Source: the human T2T-CHM13v2.0 reference genome, Homo sapiens. From it: DNA of 64,000 bases. The stretch lies in NCBI RefSeq assembly GCF_009914755.1, contig NC_060946.1; one strand, given 5' to 3'. Below are positions 26,721-39,775 of this stretch, piece by piece; the stretch's first letter is position 1; every line of letters starts with the position of its first letter. The notes beneath the pieces are model-generated. The model did not search any database. It was not told the DNA's origin and saw only the letters and a program-made list of their open reading frames with translations. Position numbers and translations under genes: made by a program.

Positions 26721-27890
26721 CATATGATTCTAGCTGTGGGTGTCTTTCCTGTAGTTTTTATTATGTTGTGGTATGTTTCTTCTGTACCCGTTTCTTTGAG
26801 GATTAATAGCATGAAGGGATGTTGAATTTCATCAAATGCTTTTTCAGTTTCAGTTGACATGATCATACTGTTTTTGTCGTTTATTTGGTTGATATGATGT
26901 ATCACATTGTATGTTGAGTGACCCTTGCATCCCGGGGATACATCCCACTTGATCATGATGAATTATCTTTTTAATGTATTACTGAATTTGATTCACTGGT
27001 ATTTTGTTGAGGATTTTTGCATCAGTATTAGAGATACTGGCCTGTAGTTTCCTTCTTTGATGGCTTTGTCTGATTTTGGTATCACAGTAATAATGGTCTC
27101 ATAGAATAAGTTTGGAAGTATTCCCTCCTGTTTTTCAAAATAGTTTGAGTAGGATTCGTACTAGGTCTTTAAATTGTTTGGTGTGAAGCCATCAGTTCCT
27201 GGGCTTTTCTTTACTGGGAGACTCTTTCTGATGGCTTCAATCTCATTACTTGTTACCAATCTGTTCTGGTCTTGGATGTTTTCATTGTTCAACCTAAGTA
27301 GGTTGTATGCATCTAGGAATTTGCCAATTTTTACTAGGCTTTCCAATTTATTGGCATATAATAGCCAGTTATGATCCTTTGAATTTCTGAAGTATTAGTT
27401 GTAATGTCTCCTTTTTTTATCTGTTGATTTTACTTATTTGAATATTGTCTCTTTTTTCTTAGTTATCCTGGTTAAAAGTTTGTCAATTTTGTTTAGCTTT
27501 CCAGAAAACCAACTTTTCATTTAATCTTCTTTGTTTTTTCTTTCAATTTTATTTCTGCTACGATCTTATTTATTTTATTATTTTCTGTTTAGTTTGTTCT
27601 TACTTTACTAGTTCTTTAAGATGTATTGTTTATTTGAAGTTTTTCTTTTGTTTGGCTGGTAGGCACTTATAGCTGTAAATCTCTGCCTTTGTACTGCTTT
27701 CTGCATAACAAGTTTTGGTATACTGTGTTTTCATTACCATTTGTTTCATGAAATTTTTGAATTTCTGTCTTAGTATCTTCACTGACCCGCTAGTCATTTA
27801 TTCAGGAGGGTAGTGTTTAACTTCCATGTGATTGTATTGTTTCCAAAATTACTCTTCTTATTGATATCTAGTTTTATTCCTTTGTAGTCA
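26721..27890 (-). mobile_element. Old L1 ORF2 fragment (antisense)
   Basis: Minus-strand translations EKAFDEIQHPFM and [10 protein letters not shown] resemble L1 ORF2. Confidence 0.85.
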
Positions 27891-29170
27891 AAGAAGATGG
27901 CCACGGAGACAGCAGCGTGGTCAGAGTGGTAGGAGCTGGCCATCGGCGAGAGCTGCTCCATGCCTGGCTGCTGGGTGCTAGAGCCTGTGGCCCACTGGCT
28001 TGCCTCACTGTGGTTGGTGGTGGTGGTGACAGAGACTGCAGCATGACCAGAGTGGTAGGACAGGGGCTATCCAGGGCTGCACCTTTCACAGTGTGGGGTG
28101 GGTTGGGGGCGCTATCCAGGGTGTCATTGCCTGCATTAGGGGTACTGGTTGGTAGCACTGTACAGGGCTGCACTGCCCACGGCAGGGAGGGTGGGTTATG
28201 GGCACTTTCTGGGGCTGCAATGCCCATGGAGGAGGACAGGTTAGGGCACTATCGGGTATACGCTACTGGCGGCATTGGGGGACGGAGGTGGGGGGCGCTA
28301 TTGAGGGCAGGACTAGCCGTGGAGGGCGGGCAAGTTTGGTGCTATCAGGGGCTGCACTGCTGGCAGCGGTCAGCAGAGTTGGCATCCAAGGAAGGAGTGG
28401 TTCTCCTCTCCCTGACTCCACACTCCAGAGGGCAACCCACTCTTGGTCATACTGGAATGCGGCAGGCACGCAGTGTTTGCGTGGGAATCCTGAGCACGGC
28501 AGAGCCCCCACACCCACCGTGGTTCCTGGGCCTGTGCACTCTGGGTCTGTGCCTCAGAGGCTGCCAAGCACCCCTGGGGACACCACGGGGGACAGGGCCC
28601 TGTGTGGAGGCATCTGGAACAGGAATTGGCACCTGGGTGTGGAGGGCTGGCTGGGTCTGAATTTTTCTGCTTCTCCTGCTCCCCGAGGAGTGCAGCCCCG
28701 GTGGGCCCAATGGTACCTGTGGAGTGGGGAGCTGGGTGCTCTGGTGTCTCCAGCACCCACCCCAGACCCCAGTTCCTGGCCAGCTTGGGCCAAAAGGAGA
28801 GGCTGGACTTTGGAGGGTGGGTGTGAGTGCCTTTGCTGAAACTGGCCCCTGCCACCCAGTGGCCAGCATGACAAGTTGAGGCTCTAACCCTTCCACCCCT
28901 CACATCTTCCTCTAGGCTTTTCTGGCTTTGCCCGCCCAGCTGCTCCGTGCCAGGAGGAGGAAGAGACACCTAGAGCCTGCGACACCATGACTTGCCTCAC
29001 TGCGGGTGGGTGGCAGCGACGGAGACTGCAGTGCACCAGAGCAGTAGGAGAGCGGCCGCGCTAGGAGGGCAGGTGGCTGCAGCCAGGGTTGGGGGTCAGG
29101 CTTACAGCGATGGACGGGCTGCAGCAGTGGCCAGGTGGTAGGAGCCTTGTAGGGAGGGCTGGTGCATTGG
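27890..29170. repeat. GC-rich interspersed element, probably REP522-like
   Basis: The motif (G/A)GAGAC(T/A)GCAG...CAGAG(T/C)(G/A)GTAGGA occurs three times (about 27904, 28031, 29021), and CTAGAGCCTG...CTTGCCTCACTG twice (27978, 28970). Family assignment is from recall only. Confidence 0.45.
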
Positions 29171-29174
29171 CAAT

Positions 29175-31907
29175 GGGCCTGGCTTTGCCCTGCCTTGCCC
29201 TGTACCTGCCCTACTGTTACCTGGACTGTCTCGGCCCTGTCCTGCTCTGGTCCCATCCTGACCCTGTCTTGGCCATGTGCTACCCTGTCCCTGCCCTGGT
29301 CTTGCCCTGGCACTGGCCCTGCCCTGAACCTGCACTGGCCTGACCTTGGCTCTGGCCCTGGCTCTGGCCCTGCCCCTTGTCCTGACCCTGGTCATGTCAT
29401 GGCACTGGCCCTGCCAGTGGTCATGGTCCTACTCCTGTTCTGGCCCTGACCTGGCCTTGGACATGTCCTGGTCCTGCTTTGGCCCATCCCTGCCCTGGCC
29501 CCACCATGGGCCTGCCTGTTCTGCCCTCTCCTGGCACTGACCTTGCCCTGTCATGGCCCAGTGGTGCCATTGCCCTGCCTTACCCTGCACTGGTTGTGCC
29601 TTGGCCCCGCTTGGTGCTGGCCACTCCCTGGACCTGCCCAGACCCTGCCTTGACTTTTACCCTGCCCTCACTATGGCCTGGCCCTGGCCCTAGCCCTGGT
29701 CCTGCCATATCCCTGGCCCTGCCCTTATCCAGGCCCTGCCCCTACTGCTGCCCTGGCCTGGAACCTGGTCCTGTCAAGGACCTGCCCTGACTCTGCCATG
29801 GCCCTGGCCCTGCTCTGCCTTGTTCCTGGCCCTGATCCTTTCCTGGCTCTGCACTGGTCTTTCCCTGGCCCTGAGCTGGCAGTGGTCTGCCCCTGGTCTT
29901 GCCATCACTCTGCCCTGCTGTGCTCTGGATGTGTCATCACCCTGCCCTGGCCCTACTCTGCCTTTGATCCTGCCCTGGCCTTACCTTGGCCCTCACCCTA
30001 GTCTTCGCTAGGCCCTGCTCTGGAGCTGGCCGTAGCACAGACCTGGCCCTGACCCTGGCCCTGGTCTTTGTCCTGCCATAGCCCTGGCCCTGAAGTGGAC
30101 TTGGAGGTGTCCTGGCCCTGGCGTAACATGGCTCTGCATTGGCCTGTCCCTGCCCTGCCCCTACCATCGCCTTGCCCTGCTCTGCCCTGTCCCAGTACTG
30201 ACCCGGCCATGCTATTTCCCTGCCCTACCCTGTCTTGGCTGTGCCCTGGCTCGGTTCTGTCCCTGGCCCCGGCCCTGCCCTCGACATGCTCTGACCCTGC
30301 CTCAGCCTTGGCACTAGCCTGGCTCTTTCTTGGCATCAGCCCTGCTCTCTCTGTGGACTGGCTCTTGTCCTGTCCTGCACTGGCCATACCATGCCCTGCC
30401 CTGCCCTGCCCTGCCCTGACTCAGCCCTGGCTCAGCCCTGGCCCAGCCTTGGCCTTGGCATTGCCCCTGTTCCTGCCATATTTCTTGCCCTGTCCCTACC
30501 CTGGCCTTGGCCCTGACCCTTACCTTGCTCTGGCCCTGCCCTTGCCCTAACGCAGCCCCTGGCCCTGTCATGGCCCTGCCCTGGACCTTTCCTGGCCCTG
30601 GCCCTTCCCTGCTTGAGACCTTGCCCTGGTTCTCCCCTGGCCCTGACCCTGAAATGCCTGGCCCTACCCTGGCCTTGCACTGCTCTGGCCCTTGCCCTGA
30701 CTCTGGTCCTGTCACTGGCCTAGCCCCAGCCCTGTTGCTGGTCTTACCATGGCCCAGACCCTGCCTTGGCCCTGCCCTGAAACTGTCCTGGACCCTGGCT
30801 GTGCCAAGATCCTGCACTGTCCTTGCCCTTGTTTTGCTCCTGCCCCAAACCTGGTCCTGCCCAGGCCCTGGCCCTGGCCCTGCCCTGGCTGTTCCCTGGC
30901 CCTGCCCAGGTCTTGGCACTGGCCTGGCCCTGTCCTGCCTTGGCCCTATGCTTTCCTGGCCCTGCCTTGCTGGCCCTGGTCCTGCCTTGGCCCTAGCCTG
31001 GCTTTGACCCTGCCCTGGCCCTACCTTGGCCTTCACCCTAGCCTTACCTGGGCACTGTGTTGGACCTGGCTATAGCACAGACCTGGTTGTGGCCCTGGCC
31101 CTGCCATGGCCCTGTCCCAGACCCTAGCCCTGCCAGGTACCTGTCCTGGCCCATCTCTGGGCCTGGCTTTGTCCCTGGTTCTTAGATGACCCTGGCCCTG
31201 CCCTTGTCCTTGCCCTGGCACTGGCCTTGGACATGTCCGTGGTCCTAACCCTGGCCCTGCCCTGGAGCTGCCACTGTCTTGGCCCTGCCCTGGCTCTGGC
31301 CCTGCCCCGGCCCCAGCCATAGACCTGCTCTGGTTGGTCATGCCCTACCTTAACCCTGTGCTACCCTGGGCCTGCTCCACCCTGCCCTGGCCCTGCCCTC
31401 CCTTTGGCCCTGCCCTGACCCCTCCTTGGCCCTCACACTGGCTCTAGCACAGACCTGGTCCTATCTGTGGCGTTGGCCTGGCATTGACCCCTGCTCCTGA
31501 CCCTGGTCCTGCCATGGCCCTGGCCCTGCCAATGACCCTGACAGCCCTGGCCCTGGCCCTGTCTTGGCCCTGGCCCTGAACTGACCCTGCCCTGACCCTG
31601 GCCCTGAAGTGGATTTGCAGGTGTCTTGTCCCTGATGTAACCTGGTCTTACCATGGCCCTGTCCCTCCCCTGGCTCTGTCCTGGTCTTGTGCTGACCCTG
31701 ACCCAGACCTTGGCCCTGCCCCAGCCTTGTCCTTGACCTTGTCATGGCCCTGCGTCTGCCCTGGACTGGCGCTGGCACTGGCATGGACCCTGGCCCTGGC
31801 CCTTCGCTACTTAAGGCCATACCCTGGCCCAGCCCTGGTCCTGACCCTGTCCTGGCCCTAATTTGGCCTGGCTCTACCCTGGCATGCTATTCTGGCCCTA
31901 GCCCTGA

Positions 31908-31945
<38 letters not shown>

Positions 31946-34900
31946 TGGCCCTAGCCCCATTGCTGGTCCTGCCATGGCTCTTATCCTGACATTGCCCTTT
32001 CCTGGTCCTGGCCCTGGCCCTGTCCCAGCCCTGTTCTGGACCTGGTCTGAACCCTGGCCCTGCAATGGACCCTCCTTGGTCCTGCCCAGACCCTGGCTCT
32101 GGCCCTACCTCTGCCCTGGCCATACCCTTGCCCTGGCCTAGACCCCAGTCCTGGTCCTTGTCCTGCCCCAGCCGTGGCCCTGGCCCTGCCCTGCCTGTGC
32201 CCTGTTCTATCCTGGGCTGGCCCTGCCATGGCCTGGTCTTGCCATTGCCCTGCCCTAGCCTGCCCTGCTTGTGCCCTAGATCTGCCCCGGCCTTTGCCCT
32301 TGTCTTGGATCCAGCCTTGACTCAGCTCTGGACCTTCCCTGACCTTGCCTCAGCCCTGGCACTACCCTGGCCTTGCCTTGGCATTTGCCCTACTCTCTCT
32401 ATGGCCTGGCTCTGGTCCTGCCCTGCTCTGCTCTTGTTCTGTCCTGGCACAGCCCTGGCCCTGGCCCTGCCATATCACTGATTCTGGTCCTGCCCTTATG
32501 CAGGCCTGACCCTGCCCCTGCCTTGGCTTTGGCCTGGACCTTGGCCATACAGTGACCCTGCCATGACCCTTTCCTGGCCCTGGCCTGGAACCTGGCCCTG
32601 CCAAGGACTCGCCCTGGCTCTGTCATGGCCCTGGCCCTTTCCTGGATTTGGATGTGTCCTGTCCCTTATTTGCCCTGACCCTTCCCTGGCTCTGCCATAC
32701 CCCTTCTCTGGGGTAGGGCCAGGGTCAGGAACAGGGTAGGGCCATGGTAAGGCCTGAAGATGGGAAGGGCCAGGGCAGCAGCAGAACCAGGGAAGGGTCA
32801 GGGCCAGGGATGTGGTAGGACTAGGGGCAGAGCCGGCACTAGGGCTGAGCCAGGGCAGAGCAGGAGAGATTACATTAGGCTATTATGTAAAATTTTTATT
32901 TTAGATTTTTAAGATAACTATAGTAGTGGTAATAATGTCTATACTATGTTGTTTGTAATAGTAATAATATTTGCAGTAAATAATCACTAAATTTTAACTA
33001 ATACTATCTTTGCTTCCAGTAGTGTTCTATGAGTATAATTTTATCAATATGTAAATATGTGAGGCATTGATTCTCACAATAATTCTATGTGCTAGGTACT
33101 TAAAGCATCCCCATTTTCAGAATGTAGGAAACAGGCATAAAGAAGTTAAATACTTGGCCAGATTACTCCTGTAATCCCAGCACTTTGGGAGGCCAAGGCA
33201 GGCAGATGGCTTGAGCTCAGGAGTTTGGAACCAGCCTGGTCAACATTGTGAAACCCCATCTCTACTAAAAATGCACAAAAAGAGCTGATTTAAGTTTCTT
33301 GTAGGATTCTGGTTATAAAACACTGGTCAAACACACAGGGCATGGATAGGGCAGGGCCAGGGACAAGGTCAGGCCAGGAAGGGGCCAGGGCCAAGGCAGG
33401 GCCAGAGCTGGACTTGGAGGTGTCCTGGTCTGATTTGCCCTGCCCCAACATTGGCCCAGCCCTGCTCTGGCACTTCCTGTCATGCCCTGGCCCTGGCCTG
33501 AGCATTGGCCCTGGCCCTGTCCTGCTTCTGGCCCTGCCCCGGAGTTGACCAGGCACTGCCATGGCCCAGTCCTGCATTGCCCTGCCCTCCTCTGCCCTGG
33601 TGCTGCCATGGCCCTCCTTGGGCCCTAGCTCTGCCTCGACTCTGGACCCGCCCTGACTCTGCTCAGCCCTGGATCTACCCTGACTCTGCCTTGGTGTTGC
33701 CCTCCCATCTCTATGGCCTGGCTCTGGCCCTGCCTTGCACAGGCCATGCTCTGCCCTGCATGTCCCAGCCTGGGCCCAGCCCTTGCCCTACCATATTCCT
33801 GACCCCAGCCGTACCCTTGTTCTGGCCTTGACCCTGCCGTGGCACTCTCCTGGCCCTTCCTTGGTCCTGCCCTGCCCTTCCATGTCCTGGCCTTTCCCTC
33901 ACCCTGCACTGGTCCTGCCCTGCCCTGGCAGTGCCTTGGCCCCAGCCCTGCCTTCTCCCTGGCCTTGCCCTTTCCCTGCCCTGGCCTGACCCCAGGCCTA
34001 CCGAGTCCGTGAAACGACCCTGGACCTGCCTTGCAGTCATCTGTCCTGGCCCTGTATTGTCCCCACCATGCTCTGGTCCAGCGCTTACCCTGGCCCTGTT
34101 GCTAGTCCTGCCACTGCTATGGCCCTGCCCTGTTTTTGGCCATGCCCTGTGCTACCCTAGCCCTGCCCCGCCTTGGCCTTGGCCCTACCGTGGCCTTTTC
34201 CTACCCTGGCCTGGCCGTACACTGGCCTTTTCTACCCTGGCCTTGCCCTGCCCTGGCCTTGCCCTTCCCTGGCCTTGCCCTGCCCTGGCCTTGGCTTTGC
34301 CTTATCCTGGTCCTGGTTCTGCCCTGGCCCTGCCCTTTCTCTGGATCCTCTCTGGTTCTGCCTTCTCCCTGGCCCTGCCCTTGCTCTGGCCCTGTCCCTG
34401 GCTCAGCCTTGACCCTGGCCCTGGCCCTGACAATCCCCAGGCCCCACACTGGCCATGCTTGGCCCTGGCCCCTCCTTTGGCCCTGCCCTGGCCCTGTGCT
34501 ATCTTAGTCCTGCCCTGGCCCTGAACTCGCCCTGGCCCTACCCTCACCCTACACTGGCCCTGCCCTACCCTGGCCTTGCCCTGCCCTGGCCCTGCCTTTG
34601 GCCTGCCCTGGCTCTGGTTCTGCCCTGGCCTTACCCTTGCCCTGGACCCTCCCTGGCCATGTTTTTACTGTGATCCTTCTCTGGCCTTGCCCTTGCCCTG
34701 TCCCCTTTCTGGTCCTGCCATATTTCTGGCCCTGCCCTGTCCATGTCCTGGACCTGACTCTGGCCCTGGACCTCCCTGTCCCTGCCCTGCCATACCCTGG
34801 CCCGTTCCTTGCTCTACACTGACCCTGCCCTGCCTTGGCCCTGTGCTACCCTAGCCCTGCCCTGGCCTTCTGCTGGCCCTGATCCTGCCATGGCCCTGGC

Positions 34901-35068
34901 CCTGCCATGTCCCTGCCCTGGCCCTGGTTCTGCCCTACTTCTGGCCCTGGCCTTGGTCCTCTCATGTCCCTGGCTGTGACCCTGCCCCTGGTTTTTCTCT
35001 GGCCATGACCCTGCCCCGGTTCTGTCCTATCCCTGGCCCTGTCTCAGTTCTGTCCTAGCCCTGGCCTT
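29175..35068 (-). repeat. Degenerate CAGGG/CAGGGC tandem array (plus strand CCCTG/GCCCTG), the pericentromeric switch-like repeat
   Basis: Very many GCCCTG/CCCTG/CCTTG units with strong strand asymmetry; interrupted at 32710-33410. Confidence 0.9.
33155..33281 (+). mobile_element. Alu left monomer / FLAM-like fragment inside the array spacer
   Basis: CCTGTAATCCCAGCACTTTGGGAGGCCAAGGCAGGCAGATGGCTTGAGCTCAGGAG...CTCTACTAAAAAT. Confidence 0.85.
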
Positions 35069-35457
35069 TCACAATACTTTATGCTTAGTAAGGGCTCCAT
35101 AGTGTCTGTGAGTTGAATGTTGTGTTCATAGTATCTGCCAAAACAGAAAGAAAAAAACAAAATCTGATGATGAGAAGTTAAAGCTTTGTATATAATATGC
35201 CTTGAATTGTAAGTGCTTGTTATTAGTTGTATTACATATAGGTCATGGTTTTGTACACATAACTCCAAACCATTGATACTGTTAAAAGAATATATGAATA
35301 TACGAAAGAATGTATAAACGTAAGAATGTATGAGTATCTAATGACCTCTCTAAATTAATTTTTATTTTTAGCTCTATTAGATTTTTCTCAGTGTAACAAA
35401 TGTTTATTCCTATGTAATTAAGGGCATATTTCCTGTACAGAATATTCATATTACTTA

Positions 35458-35900
<443 letters not shown>

Positions 35901-36024
35901 AATAAGTAAAAATATAAATAAAAATAAGTAAAAAGAAATATAAGTAAATATAAATATAAATACATATAAATATAAAAATGAATACATGAAAACCAACAAT
36001 TTTTAAATTTAACATCACTGAGGG

Positions 36025-39000
36025 CATCCTATCCATTTCATTTCATGATTCCATTACATCATTTCACTTAGATGAAATGATGACTTGAGATGAAATGATG
36101 AAATGATAAGATGAGATGAAATGATGAGATGAAATTTTGAGATGAAATGGTGAGTAGAAATGAAGAGATGAAATGGTGAGACAAAATGACAAAATTGGAA
36201 AGAAATTGAAAGGAGATGAGATGAGATGAAATGAGATGATGGATGAAATGATGAGATGAAACGAGATGAAATGATGAGATGAAATGAAATAATGAAATGA
36301 AATGAAATGATATGAAATGATGAAATTGAAATGAGATGAGATATGATATAATGAGATAAAATGATGAGATGAAATGAGATGAACGATAAGATGAAATGAT
36401 GAAATGAGATGAGATAAGATGAAATGATGAGATGAAATGATGAGATGAAATGAGATGAAAAATGAGATGAAATGAGATGAAATAATGAAATGAGATGAAA
36501 TGAAATAATGAAAGGAAATTATGAAATGTAATGATGAAATTGAAATGAGATGAAACGATGAGATGAAATGATGAAATGAGATGAGATGAAATGAGATGAA
36601 ATGATGAGATGAAATGAGATGATGAGATGAGATGAGATGAAAAGATGAGATGAAATGATGAGGTGAAATGATGAAATGAAATGAGATGAAATGAGATGTA
36701 ATGAAATGAGATGAAATGAAATGAGATGAAATGAGATGTAATGAAATGAGATGAAATGACATAATGAAATGCAATAATGAAATGAGATGAAATGAAATAA
36801 TGAAATGATGAAATAATGAAATGGCAATGATGATATGAGAAGAAATGATGAGATGAAATGATGAGATGAGATGAAATGAGATTAAATGATGAGATGAGAT
36901 GTGATGAAATGAGATGAAATGATGACATGATATGATGACATGAAATCAGATGAAATAATGAGATGAAATGATGAGATGAAATGATGAGATGAGATGAAAT
37001 GAGATGAGATGAAATGTGATGAGATGAAATGATATAATGAAATGAAATAATGAAATGAAATGATGAAATGGAATAATGAAATGGAAATGATGAAATGAGA
37101 TGCAATGAGTTGAAATGAGATGAAATGATGCGATGAAAAGATGAGATGAGACGAGATGTGATGAAATGATGACATGAAATGACAAAATGAGATGAAATAA
37201 GATGTAATGATGAAATGAGATGAAATGAAATGGTGAGATAAAATGATATGAAATGATGATATGAAATGATGAGATGAATGATGAGATGAAATGATGAGAT
37301 GAGATGGTGAGATGAAATGATGAGATGAACTGATGAGATGAAATGAGATGAACTGAGATGAAATGAAATGAAATAATGAAATAATGAGATGAAATGAAAT
37401 GAAATAATGAAATGAAATGAAATTGAAATAAAATTGAAATGAGATGAAATGATAAGATGAAATGATGAAATAAAATGAAATGATGAGATGTGATGAGATG
37501 AAATGATGAGATGACATGACATGAAATAATGAAATGAAATAATGAAATGAAATTGAAATGAGATGAGAGGATATGAGATGAGATGAAATGATGAAATGAT
37601 GAGATAAGATGAAATAAGTTGATGAGATGATGAGATGAAATGATGAGATGAAATGAAATGAAATGATGAAATGAAATGAAATTAGATGAAATGTAATGAG
37701 ATGAAATGAAATGACATAATGAAATGAAGAAATGAAATAATGAAATGAGGTGAAATTAAATGATGAAATGAAATAATGAAATGGAAATGATGAGATGAGA
37801 TGAAATGATGAGATGAATGATGAGATGAAATGAGATGAAATGATGAGATGCAATGATGAGATGAAATGATGAAATGATGAGATGAGATGAGATGTAATGA
37901 TGAAAGGAAATGATGAGATGTAATGAAATGAGATGAAATGAATGAGATGAAATGAAATAATGAAAGGAAATTGAGTTGAGATGAGATGAGATGAAATGAT
38001 GAGATAAAATGAGATGAAATAAATGATGAGATGAAATGATGAAATGCTGAGGTGAGATGAGATGAAAGGAGATGAAATGATGAGATGAAATGAGATGAAA
38101 GGATGAGATGAAATGATGAGATGAGATGAAATGAGATGAGGTGAGATGAGATGAAATAATGAAATGATGAGATGAGATGAGAAGAAAGGATGAGATGAAA
38201 TGAGGTAAAATGAGATGAAATGATGAGATGAAATGAAATAAAGTGAAATGAAATAATGAAATTGAAATGAGATGAGATGAAATGAGACAAAATGAGATGA
38301 AAGGATGAGAAGAAATGAGATGAAATGATGAGATGAGATGATGAGATGAAAAATGATGAGATGAAAAATGATGAGATGAAATGATGAGATGAATTGAGAT
38401 GAAATGAAATGATGAAATGAGATGAAATGAAATGATGAAATGAAATTGAAAGATGAGATGAAATGATGAGATGAAATGATGAAATGTTGAAATGATGAAA
38501 TGAAGAGATGTGGTGAGATGAAATGATGAGCTGAAATGATGAGACAAAATGAAATGAAATGAGATTAAATGATGAGATGACAAATGAGATGAAAAATGAT
38601 GAGATGAAATGATGAAATGAGATGAGATGAATTGAGATGAGATTAGATGAAATAATGAAATTAGGTGAAATAATGAAATGAGATGAAATGAAAAATGAAA
38701 TTGAAATGAGATGAGAAGAAATGATGAGATGAAATGTTGAAAGGAGGAAATGATGAGATGAGGAGATGAAATGATGAGATGAAATGAATTGAGATGAAAT
38801 GGTGAGATGAAAAATGATATGAAAAATGATGAAATGAGATGATATGAAGTGACATAATGAAATAAATGAAATAAGATGAAATGAAATAGTGAAATGAAAC
38901 GATGAAATAATGAAAATGAAATGGAAATGAGATGAGATTTGATGAAATGATGAGATGAAATGATGAGATGATAGGATGAGATAAAATGAGATGAAATGAT

Positions 39001-39044
39001 GAAATGAGATGAAATGATGAGATGAAATGATGAGGTGAAGTGAT
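36025..39044 (+). repeat. Degenerate satellite-like array of GAAAT/GAGAT/GAT units
   Basis: About 3 kb of ATGAAATGATGAGATGAA-type sequence almost free of C on the plus strand; the first ~40 bp are inverted. Differs from HSat2/3 (CATTC)n. Confidence 0.92.
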
Positions 39045-39775
39045 GCACTGTCACGTGTGTGTCTACTCTTTTTCCCAACCAACAAAAATTATAATTCATT
39101 TTAATTTTATTATTTAAGAATATTCTTAAGAGTTGAAGGAAAAATAATATCTACATTATGAGTTACAATCTAAGTATAAATAATACACAAATATATTAAA
39201 ACTTACAAAGAATATGTTTTGGAATCGAATATACCATGCTTCTGTGATGACAGTTATTTCATGCTGGTTGTCACAATTTTACATGAAAAACTAATGAAAA
39301 AATGTTTTTAACTGTTTCTAAAAATAACAGTTTCCAAAACAGTTTTACATTCAAAATATGAAAAAGATGTCTTTGTGTTCCTTAATCTGATGAGATTTTC
39401 ACACTCTGCACATGATAATTGTTAGATTTTTATTGTGTTGATAAATTGTATATCAAATAAAAAATGTTATTAGCTCTTAAATTAGGATTTTTAGGTGATA
39501 TAGGAAGAAAGGAAGGCAAGTTTTTGTAACTTTGTCTAAATGAACTTTCTAAATGCCTGAGTATTAAAAGATAGCATGTCTATAAATCACAATGTATATA
39601 TTACTGTATGACCTAGGACCAATCAAAACTGTTACCTCTGATAACATTATATTGTGCCCAATATAAAATAGATATAATAATACCTCAAACTTAAATCCAG
39701 GCATTGTCATTGAATATCTTAAGAATATGCAGCAAAGGTGCTTTTAAAAATACAAGCTAGTGATTGTACTAAATT

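Noticed and set aside
27874-34854. Many overlapping Pro/Leu/Trp or Gly/Gln/Arg-rich ORFs
   Set aside because: They derive from the GC-rich and CAGGG repeats; no domain content or codon signal
36025-39044. Assignment as classical HSat2/HSat3
   Set aside because: The canonical GGAAT/CATTC pentamer is rare; GAAAT, GAGAT and GAT dominate
36064-39099. Long minus-strand ORFs (up to 484 aa, rich in I/S/F/H)
   Set aside because: They are translations of the satellite; several frames are open at once because the composition rarely forms stop codons
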